From: Lytechinus pictus
Lineage: Eukaryota
Assembly: GCF_037042905.1 (NCBI RefSeq)
Contig: NC_087251.1
Location: forward strand, 41,292,001 to 41,356,000
Reading direction: 5' to 3'
DNA length: 64,000 nt
Below the pieces are notes generated by a model. It had not been told where the DNA came from, did not search any database, and worked only from the letters and a program-made list of their open reading frames with translations. Each line of letters starts with the position of its first letter. Positions within the stretch are counted from its first letter, which is position 1. This document shows, piece by piece, positions 27,601-39,600 of the stretch. The translations under genes and the position numbers were made by a program.

Positions 27601-30600
27601 TGACAATATAATGACTTATAATGAAAGTTCGGTGAGTTTTGAGCCGTTTCTGTCTTTTCTAGTCTGTTATTCAATGAAATCAAACATAGCAATAATACAT
27701 TGACAGCAACCCCCAGTTTGGATCTACATATTACACGTGTGAAAGTGCAGTTTCCACAATGAACATTATTATAGAACTCAAACCGACACACCTTATCAAG
27801 TGAACATTTGCACCAGTGCCTTCGTCTGGCAATCACTCATTTTGTACCAAGGGTTAAGCAACATATTGCTGACAGACAGTGATGATTCTGTGCAAGTTCA
27901 GGTCACATGAGTAAGGTCAAAGGTCATTTACAGTCAATGAACATTGTATTTTATTATCATACAGCGTGTCCCACGAAAAATGTGAATGGAACTTACGATG
28001 GGTATATCAAAATTACAATATTATTTAATTTGTTTATATTTTACACTCATAAACTACAACTTATTTTCTCTTTAATAGTGGATGAAGTTTTATGTGATAT
28101 GGTCCATTAATCACAAAGATATGAGCATTTGTTAATTACACATCAGGAAACCTCTCCATCCAAGTTTTGTATAAAATAATATGTGTAGTCAGGCTCAGTT
28201 ATTCAAGTGGTGCAATCGATTCACGTTCAGTCACAGCATGGAAGTAAATCTGCGAGGATTTTTTTTGTTCATGACTTGGGGATGACCTATTCATTCATCC
28301 CCCTCTAATGAATAGATGAGATCACGGATTTAAACGAAATTGTTTTAATTTATTTCTTTGAAGTTATTCTTTTAATAGCTTCTTTGTTCTTTGATGTTCA
28401 TGTTTCATTAAAGATATCAAGTTTAACTAAATATATCCTGCTTATTATCTTAAAACTTGATTTTTATGCCCCCGGAGATGAAGTCCGGAGGGGGTATTAA
28501 GCGTTGCCCCTGTCCGTCCGTCCGTCCCCCCACTTGGTTTCCGCGCAATAACTCGAAAAATATTCAATGGATTTTAAAATTTGTTGGTGTGTAGGTAGAT
28601 GACACAAAAATACAGGCTAAGTTCGAATTCGGAGTCCGCAGGTCAAAGGTCACAGCTCATTATATATGCGAGTTGGTTCATAGGTCTCAATTTGTTCATC
28701 ATGCATATTGGTTTCTGCACGATATTATGTTCAATCATATTGAATGAATTTCTGATCGCGTTAAGTGGGGGCATTTGTGTCCTCTGGACACATCAAATTT
28801 CTAGTTTTTTTTTAATTTAAGTATCGGTACGCAAATTGTCAGCCAAAAATCTAAAAAAGGGAAATAAAGTAAGAGTGAATAATGATATGATTGGACTGCA
28901 TAATTTATTCAGCATAGTAACAAAACTTGGATTGAGAGGTTTTCTGATGAGTACTGAAAGAAGGCTCATATCTCTGTGTTTGATTTACCATATTGCATAA
29001 AATTTAAGACAGTTGTATAAAACAAATGCAAATTTATGATTGTAAAATAACTTGATTTTGTAATATTTACATTATGCTCATCTAAAGTTCCATTAACATT
29101 TTTTGTGGGACATGCTGGATAAATGATGTTTTAAAAAAAAAATTCAATAGTTGTTTTCAAAGTCAGCACTGCTGCTATGTTGAATCATGTAATGTCGGCA
29201 AGACTGCCAGAGGCATTGCACTTGTTAAAAAACTAACTTACTATCCATATCTGTTATCATTACTTAACCCTTCAAATATGTCACATCTTTATATGTGGTG
29301 TTCAATGCTCCTAGAGTCCTGAAAGTGAGGAAATTGAACAACAATTAAAGAGCATTCACGAAATTCCTATCAATAGTTCAGCGAGGTGAACAAACAAGGC
29401 AGTCGATTTTTCTAATTGGTTCTCTCTCCTCTCATCCAGTCGAATGACAATAGACTATCGCTTTCCATTGAGAGGGAAAAGAAATGCGAGAAGGAGAAGC
29501 CTTCCAATCCTCTTGAAATAGCTCCAAGGGAATCCCAGTGATTGAAGGCAGCCTATCACGTGTATTCCCATGTGACATTACCGTTCACGTGGCTAATCAT
29601 GCTACCTAGTATACACAGCCAAGGATTCATTGCGGTTGCAAAGACGTGATCACCACGGGAGATTCCCTCCACTGATGACGTGAAGCGATCGAACGTGTTG
29701 ATCGTATCTGGAAGGGAGTCGACTTTGAAATTGATATTCACAAAAACAACTTTTAGTGAGGATTTGAGACTTATCTTTAATAGAGAAAACATCTCTTTTC
29801 TTTATTCACTCATAATTTTTTTTAAATATTGAATTTGAATTGTAACCCATCCCCATAGCTTGTTCAATAATGGTGTACTTTTGCCAAAATTAACTGAACA
29901 ATTTTCTTTATACATTGGGACGCACTGTATATTCAATACTTGTTTTGGGGCACCATTTTCTTCAAAATTGTCCTAAATCTGCAACATGAATTTGACAGAG
30001 ACCCTTAATTTCTTTTAAAGAATTTTTGTTATACGTGTAAGTAACATGATTTGTCATAGTCCTATGTCACGAGAAAGTCCACTATAAAACATACATGTAT
30101 TGATCTGTGCAGCTTCTAATACCTGTAACTTCTAATACTATTATATTGTTCATTACCCAATTGTGTGATAAACACCCCAAAATAGATGAATAGCCCTAAG
30201 ATTGAAAAAAATAGTCTTTTAAAATTGACTCCTATTATCCTGTCCCTGATTTATGATTGTGTCCCTGGGTATGTGTAGATGGACTGCTTATTATTATGCC
30301 AGGAGTACCATATTATGACACAATTGTGCTTTTCACCAATTATTTGTTATAAGCTACTGAAATCCTTGAATCTGATTGGCTCAGAGCAAATATGATTTTT
30401 TTTTCACGAAGTGTTCCCAAGGATACCCATTCACCTCACTTGGGTTGAGTATAGTAAAATGTGGGTGAATTTCTTACTGAAGGAAAACACACCATGGCTG
30501 GGATTTGAACCCATGTTCCACTGATTGAAAGATGAGTTAAAACCGCTAGGCCACGACACCCCATTTTTCTACAAGTTTGCAGATGAGAATGACATGGATT

Positions 30601-33600
30601 ATATTCTGCTTTAATATAGTGCTTTATAATACATTGGAACAATGTCTTTAAACACTTGACAGATATATTACCCCGGTCATCAGACCCTGGCATGTCCAGA
30701 TACAATGTATGCACTTTCTTCACTCCCTGGGGAGTATTATGAATAGAGTGCAATATTCTTTGTAGTTTGTACTTTTTTTCGAAGATTTTCAGACTTAATT
30801 GATTTTTCACATCATTTCTCAGACATGAAGGAATTGATACTTTTAGCCTGAATGCTGGAGTGCACGGACCCAGAATGAATAATTTCTCCATCTTTCGATA
30901 TATTTTTCTGAACTGAACTGGAAATTTTGAAGAAAATTCCATCAGTTTTGATGGAGCACAGTAATAAGAATTCAAACAAATAGATCCTCTGTCAATTTAT
31001 ACCACAAGCATTGGTCAAACTAGAGCTAAAATGATGATCTGTGCATGTGTGTGTTTCTCAGACTATTGTTTTCTAGAGTACGTCACTTGGGTGTGGGCGT
31101 GTGAATAGATATGCCTGTTAAACAATGTGACCAAAAACACATCAGATTGATCCATAAATGCACACGAGGAAAGCATTCTAATTATAGCTTCATTTTTTAT
31201 TAATTGAATTTAAGATTGGTAAACAGGTCTATGGTGAGACATGTGAGACATTTACGTAATTCTTGAAGGTAGTTTATTTATCATAGGTTTGTTATTTATT
31301 TTTCTGTTTTTCATACTGTGTTTTCATAATTTATGTTATTCATGTGGATATCTGTTCATTTTATTTCCCTTGTCAGTATGTTCTGACAAGAAGTAAGACA
31401 TTTATCTCACAGTTTTATCCATGTCATGATGTGTCTATTGTATTAGAAGGGAAGGGGTAAATCTTACAACTTGGGACTGAATGAAGTAGTTCAGATATGA
31501 TATGTTACATGCCTTTATTGCGAGAATTACCCCACCCCATGCCTTCTTTTACAAAATTCTTTAATAATAATAATGAACTATATTTGTATAGCGTTTATCT
31601 TTAAAAATGTCTGCAAGCACTTAAGAATTTAGAAATAGATTTATTTTCAGCCAAAAATGAAGTTGTACATGTATAGTTTTTGACAATTTGAAGATTAACA
31701 TTCTGCCTCAATTTAAGACATTTTTTTGTTGTTGTCAGTTGGCACCATGTGCAAATGAGAACAAGTGTTCAAGTTCTTTAATGAACTTTTCTGGAGTCAA
31801 ATGGATGGTATTTCAATTAAATGTTCTCCAAGATTTTACCAAAAATGCTTGACTTGTTTCTTTCATAGCCATTACAAGCATTGACTCAGTGTACTCCTGA
31901 GTTCACTCTGTTTAACCCTGGCAGAGAAAAGATTCTTAGTAAAGGAAAGATGTGACAATGCATGGAAAATGAATAGAATTGATAGTAAAAGAAAAATGGC
32001 AGAATATTGCATAAAAGAATGATAAAAGGAAAATCATGCATTCAAACATATTATTCGAAATAAGAAAACACCCCAAAAGGAAGCCAAACAAGTAATGCTC
32101 ACAAAACTGTAAAGGTCACAAATGTTACACATTCATTTTCCATTGTTGTGGACAAAAATGAAGGTGAAATCTTTCTTTATGAAATTAATTTTTATTCCCC
32201 AACATTAATGTCATTTTTGTTTCTCACCTATTTTTTGTGAATAGCTTTCTTATGTGATATACTAAAGCTGATATGTGAGCAGGCGTGGGGTTCCATCAAT
32301 ATCGCGTTTGTATCCGAGGCTTTAGCAAGTATCCCAGCATTCCCTGCATGGCGACATTCATCCCTCCAGATGATAAGGTAAGATGTTCCGTTTCTTTTCT
32401 CTGGACCTTATTACCATGATATTATTTGTAAATGACGTGAAAGATTACCATAGTCATGTCTCATCTTTCACACTTGATAATTTTATTTGTCTTCTGATAT
32501 TGTATTTTGAATATTTTGAAGGATTTTTTTTAGAATGAAAAAATCACTAGTTTTGAGGTGTTTTTTTTAATTCTTCAATTTTTTTTTGATCTATTTTTCT
32601 ATTGATTGATTCATATATGAAATATTGTTCATTAATTTATTCATCCATCCATCTGTCCACCCATCTTTCTTTCATTCTTCCTTTCGTTCTTTCTTTCGTT
32701 CGTTCGTTCTTTCTTTCTTTCATTCTTTCTTTCTTTCTTCATGTTTACCCATTAAAAGTTGTATGTTGGTATATTGATTGACATCTTTAGGGATAAGCTG
32801 TCTTCTGGTATCCTGTATAGTTCCACTGGTTACCGAGCCATCATCCAGTGCTTCTTCCTTAGAGCCTGTCTACATCTCCTAGACTGGACTACTATCTCAC
32901 TGCATCAGTTCTCCAATTTACTTAGTATATGCAATACTGGACATGTTCTGAAGAGGGGTTCACCACTCTGGGAGGAGGTGATTAATTAGATATTTTGGAT
33001 GGTATAGTTCTAAAGATATCAATATTTTCATTTTCCTGATGAGTTACCAGGGAACCATATCATGAACACACCCCTGTTTGATTTCTATATCCTAGATTAA
33101 AATGTATTCTCATATGTATCATGTTTGACTTGTTAGGTGGAATTAGTAAAGGATTATGAAATTTTAATGAATAGTTAATTCCTTCGACAAAATACATACA
33201 TGTATATGCACTTTCACATTTTGTTGCTGTGATGACTTTTTTCCGCACATTTGTTATGAGTGTTCTTATCAATTGATTCAATATCATTGGGATTGTTGTA
33301 AAAAAACATGATAATGTGATCCCTTCTTTGAAAAGAAAGAAGTCTACAATGCTGTGAAATATATTTGAAAAAAATGTTCTTGTATTAACTGTATGAAGTA
33401 TGACTGTGATTTGAAATTCTATTCTAAAAGATGAAAGCTTGATTTGAAAGCCAATATTTTAGGATGTTTAACCTTCAATCCTATAGCGCAGTCACATTTT
33501 CCCTACAGCGGCCGTACAGCGAGTCGAAAACAGCCGTTTTTACCATTTTTTCGTACCAGCTACATATAGGTGGTTTGAATAAAAATGGAGAAAACGGCTG

Positions 33601-36600
33601 TTTTCGACTCGCCGTACGACCGCCGTAGGGGAAATGTGACTGAAGCATTATCCTTTCATTCTTGATCTCTTGATTCATTCATTCATTCCTCAGGTGTGTC
33701 TCACTCTTCGTGAAAACATGCTAAATAATGACACCCAGTCACCATGGCAACCATGCATTCAAGAGGTCAAAGGATATCTGCATGTTGAGCCAATCAAAGA
33801 AGCACTAGAAAGGGATGATCTACCCAATAGAGAGGAGGCATTACGAGTTGCCATAGCGATGCTGGTTGTAGCGGACTCTGCTGCCTTGTACGAGACTCAA
33901 AATAGGTAATAGATGATTGCTTGCAAGTATGACATGGTGACTTAAGTGTGCACAGTGACCTGTGTCTGTGCAATTCTGATCAAAGGAGGCATGCAACGAT
34001 TTCTCTGAAACAGGTTTTCATTAAAAGAATGAATCAATATGCAGCATCCCTCTTTGAAATCCCTGAATCTTGAATATAGTGTACTGGTACGCAGATATGG
34101 GTCACCATTGTTTTTTTTTTATAAGAAGTTTGTAAGAAATTCATATAATTGCTCTAATTTTGATGTGATTTTGTTTGTACACTTACTCTTGAGAATTATA
34201 AGGCACAATTTCAGTTGAAACTCTGGTGGAATTTCAAAGAAATTCATGTTTAATCTTGGGACGAATTTTAGGTGCACGGACAGAGGGCCCCTTTATGGTA
34301 GAGTGATGAAAGTTGAACCTTTCTATGGTACATCGTTCGTCCCACTCGGTACTTATACTGTTACTCTCTCATAGAATATAAATGTTCAATAATTTCTGTA
34401 AGAAGATCAAAATTTGAATTACATATGTACCAGTTTATATGTGTGTCTTGTCTTGTATCCATATCTCTCTCATTCATTTATTTGCTTTCTCTCTCCCTCT
34501 CTTTCTCTATCCTTTCTGACTACTGTCTCCTGTCTCCCTCTTCCTGTCCAACTCTCTCTGTCTATCCCTCTCTCTCACTCTCCTACATGTCTTGTCTACT
34601 CGTTTCCTTTCTCTTCAGTATTCAATTGTATTATTTCACTGTACAAACAGGGCCTATATGTTTACAAGCCCAGCTTATTGTTATATGTCCACCAACCATA
34701 AACTATACTTTTTGCTAGGCGTGAGTTGTAATTTGTACACATGCTCCTGTGTCTACATTGTACCTTATGTAAAACAATTCTCAATAAGTATCTCAAGATT
34801 TTATTTTGTACATTGTATGTTTTGCTAAAGTTTGAAAAATAAACTGAAATTATCTGTATGATTTGTAGTCTCCTTGCAAGACCAGTGCTACCACTATGCC
34901 TAAATAAGTGCTTCTGGGCCCCGTCTTACAAGGAGTTACAATTGATCCGATCGATCTCAAGTATATGGAAATCCATCAATGTCATAATTTTTCTTTAGGA
35001 AATTTGCTCAATGTCCTTGAAAACAAAGAGAAGCATACTGAATTGTCAAGAAAACAGTGAATGTATGAATATGCATCATTCTGGAAAATATTTTGAACAA
35101 ACATGTAATTTTAGATGTTGACGTTGCTGGCTTTCCATAGTTGCAATTGATCGGATCAATTGTGACTATTTGTAAGACGGGGCCCAGGTGTATTGAATAT
35201 TGTTGAATATTATATCATTATTCATAAACTTTTCTCTGCTCTTGCTATTCTATCAGCAGTATGTCTGACCTACTCCAACCCTTGCATGATGTACTAGGTA
35301 GATCAGGGAGTCATGTTTATCAGCCTATCCAAAGGACTGATAAAGCATTACAGATTCTACATGTTCTACTCCAAGAATCAAAAACTTCATCTCAAAAACA
35401 GTGCTACTCAGGTAAGTCTTGACAGTAAGGGGGGGGGGGTGTCCAGGATTTATTAGGGGCATTTTTTTTTTTAAACAAGAAAAAGAACCAGTAAAGATAA
35501 AAAAGAAAGAATGCTATCCCAACTCAAGAGCATTTTTTTCTGTTGATTTTTTTACCCAACACGAAAAAAGGCCCCCTCTCTCTAGGTGCCCTTTAGTGAA
35601 GTTTTGAGGATGGAAATCAAATTCAGCTAGTTTTAAAGGGGAAGTTCATCCTAATGGAAAGTTGGTTTGGATTAAAAGCAGAAAAAAATAGAAGGAACTT
35701 ATTGGTGAAGATTTGGTACAACTCTATCAAAGATTAAGATAGTTATTGTTTTTAAAATATTGATTATTTGATGTCTCTTAGTTTTAACATCAAATTGGAG
35801 CTAACGATTGGACATTGTTATACATGTAGGTGTGTATACCACTGTCTTATTTTATTTTCAATCAGGATTTTTCTCGTCATTGACAATCCTCCTGTGTGAG
35901 ACCCTTGATGAAATCTTTCAGTATCTCATCCGCCAATTACTTGCAAACAACCATGTTCAGGTGAGAACAGGACTCTTTCATTGTCATTGTGTAATTTTTT
36001 TTCATGTTCGCTTTTTATTATATAACAAAGATTGTCATATCCCTTCATTAAATGAACTCTCTGTATAAAACACTAGAATTCTGTATTAGCTGTTATTTTC
36101 GCGAATTGCGGGGGTCCTGACATTTTCAGAGGTTGTAGTATTTGTGTTTGGAAGATGAACCAAACGCAACCATAGCATTTCAGAGAAGCATAAATAGTGC
36201 TAAACATGTGCAAAAATTTGCTTCTCAAAGCCCTCATGCTTACATGTCTTTTGTACATTAATATGTCCCTGTAAGAACAGTTAGAAAGTGTGGAAAAAGT
36301 GGCTTTAATTTCACTTTTTTTGTACTTCTAGCTCTGAAATTCGTCATGTCACAGTTTGATCTGTAAAAGCAATCTTTGGAAGTTGTGTTTTATTAGATTT
36401 GTTTGTAAAAAGTTGGTTTAAGTGCAAAAATGTTGAATTTTGTTCACAGAAGCTTACACCTCTAAAAACCTCTGGTCATGTGACTTATAATATTAATGAG
36501 TATGCAAATAGCTGTACCTGTGTATAGAGTCAATCAGATGACAATAAAACCAAATTATTTCATGGAAAATACACTGTAATATTAGAGTGAGTGAATAAAT

Positions 36601-39600
36601 ATTGATAAAAATATGTTAGGAAATAATCTAGGCTTTGAATTTGTTTGAGAAATAAAAAAAGTGAAATTCTAGCTAACAAATTTTTCAACCTTATTTTTAT
36701 GTACATATATCTCAATTTTTTCACCACACAGGATGTTTGTGTTTGTTGTACTGAATTTGCGACCGATTAGCAATTTTCGAAATCCTCGAAAATAACAGCT
36801 TATGCAAGCCTTTCAAATCCTTGCATCTGATTGGCTGAAAACAAGATAGCCTGTGAAAATCTCTGTGAAATGCTCCCCTGAACTTGATACAACACTGAAG
36901 CTTAATATCCAATTCAAACACCAATTGTAATGTGCAGTATTTTCAATCAATCTTTAATATCCCTCAATCAAAATGAGAGATATAAACAAATGAGTGTTTT
37001 AAAAAATCACTGCGATGGTGGATTCCATATGATCACTCTACTTTATATTTATAGAAGCAATTAAATTGAAAGTCCTGAGACTCCGGAAGACCCAAATCCT
37101 TATGATCAAGTGACACTTATACAAACAGGAATCACGTCATGATAGTTAAGTCACTACCGATGTAACTCGTGTTTGGCATTATGGAACAATTTTATTGGCG
37201 TCCTCGGAAGTAGCTTTATTTTCTTTTAATTCTGTTACTACATGTATCTACCACAAAATAATGAGGTTTTAGTAGAAAACTATTAAAATGAAGAGTTCTA
37301 GTGATAGAACAGACTCATTCTCCTTGTTCTTAATATCATAAAGAAGGCAGAAACCACACATACTTGGAAAATGATGATATGAAAAGCCCATGTTAAATAG
37401 CAAATTGTTCATACTTTTTACAGGAAATTTTAATGATAATTATATATGCTTTGTATACAGAGAATACATAGAGACGTGAAGTTTTAAAGTGTGCTTCTAA
37501 AAGAATTTGATATAATGACCCCTTATTTACAATGTCTATTGCTTTGATAATTTTATCATAAGCAGTGGTGCTGGAACATTCTGGCCAAACAGTACTGTGG
37601 GAAGGCGATCAACTGTGTATTAAAGAAAGTAGTTGCATTAAACACTCATTCCAGTCTGTAAAACCAAGGTTTATTGTCACTACAATCATAGTAGGTCAAG
37701 ATCCATTACAATAACATAAACTTAACTTTGTGAAATCATGGATTGTAAGCTGAAAAATAAACGAATATACTGAAGATCACCAACACAGATAAGCGCACAT
37801 GGGACAGTGTATTATTACTGCTTAGTACTGCTCAAATTTTATGCTTGTTTTGATTATTTCTCGGCAATTATACACCTTCTTCCAGAGTCCTTAGGTGTAT
37901 ATTTTTCATTTGCAGTATACATAGACACCTGGGTGGTCATTTGATTGAATTCTGAATGAACTCGTTCTTGAATCCATTACCACAAATGGCATTTACCTGT
38001 AACAATGGTTCGACCCTCCAACCGTGGTCTGCAGACTACTCCGACCCCTTGTCTGATCAGAACGTTCCGATTTCATTGATCATAAACTCATCAAATGGCA
38101 TTTACTTCGACCCTCCAACCGTGGTCTGCAGACTACTTCGACCCCTTGTCTGCTCAGAACGTTCCGATTACACTGGTCATAAACTCATCAAATGTTGTGA
38201 TTTAGAAGATTAATTCTCTGTTTTGCTATCTTACCAGGTGCATGATGTCAATAGCATCAGCCTGTATCGGTCATTTCTTGATGCTCTACTGGACCATGCA
38301 GTGAGAGAAAACAATGGTCAAGCGAAGAATTCACAAATCTTGACCATCAAGATCATAGAAGGCAGGAAGCAGCTTTTGAAAGGTTGTCAAGCCCTCATGA
38401 ACTCACAGCTCCAGGATGAGGTATGCAGAGCTGCCAACCATTAGGTTTTGCCGTAATCATTACGTTTTTTCATTCAAATTACGGCATTATGGTTTTTCTT
38501 TTCAAATTACGTTTTTTGACAATTTTGATAATGTGTGTACATAATTGTACAGGGGCGGATCCAGCTTTTTATAAAGGGGGGGGGTTGGGGTGGTATGCGA
38601 GGGAGCGTAGCGACCGAGTCCAAGCGAGCGAGGGGGGAGGGTGTGGGAGGGGGGTGTCCCCCCTCCCACAGTAGGGAAAATTTTTGAAAATCTGTGTGTG
38701 AAAATGGCGTTTTCTTGCATAAAATAGAATAAAATAAAATTACAAGTTTAAAAAAAAAGATAAGATTTAAAAAAATGGTCCCCGGATTTTTTTTTTGGGG
38801 GGGTTGCAACCCCCCCTCTAGATCCGCTTCTGTTGTATGTATGTGTAGTGCGTGTTGAGCCCGAGATGAGCCTGGTACTTGCGCGTGCGTAGTCGCCCGC
38901 CGGCCGGTTTTCCAACGCACTTTAATAATTTGATAGCGCGCGCGTACATACGTTTATAGTTGAACATGCGAGCGGCATGCATGGCACGAATCGTGATGTA
39001 TAGTGACTGGTAAATATGTCTGTAAGGATGATGACGTCATCCAAGATGGCAACTTACGATGACCAACGAAAGGATCGAGGATGATTATGTTTTGATCATC
39101 ATTTGAAAGGAAATAGCAGTAACTGCGGTCTAAGGTACGATATTTCTGAATTTTATATATCTTATCTTAAATTTGCATGTAATTTCTTTCCTATAAAGTG
39201 ATGTTTTATTTAAAAAAAAAACGATCCGAAAATCGGATTTCCGCCGAATGATTGATCTAACGCAACTGCTAATACGTTGTATTTACGTACGGGCCAACAC
39301 TCTGTCTGGTTAATATTCATCAACTCGTATCAAACAAATACGATAAATTCGGCTTTGAAAAGACCTGGAAAGCTCTTCATTGTCCCCTGAAGTACTAATT
39401 CTGGGTGATATTCAACATTTATTGATAGTTTCACATGATTTATACTAGAGAGATGTCCTACTGCTTTTGGAATTCTTTAAAAAAGTCGGCACTGTAGCAT
39501 TCAGTTTAGCAGGAATGGGAAGATTTCTTCCCCGGTTCTGGCGGCCTAGATGTCTGCTCTATAGTGCTGTCACTGCTGGGGATGATTGAGTGTGCATGCA

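Noticed and set aside
30436-30975. 179-aa minus-strand ORF
   Set aside because: It runs into a SINE, has no domain-like features and starts at a non-ATG codon
10801-32244. Missing TARBP1 exons or a nested host gene in the 21.4-kb intron
   Set aside because: Exons 5 and 6 join in phase with plausible continuous sequence; I saw no convincing additional exon, though small ones cannot be excluded by eye
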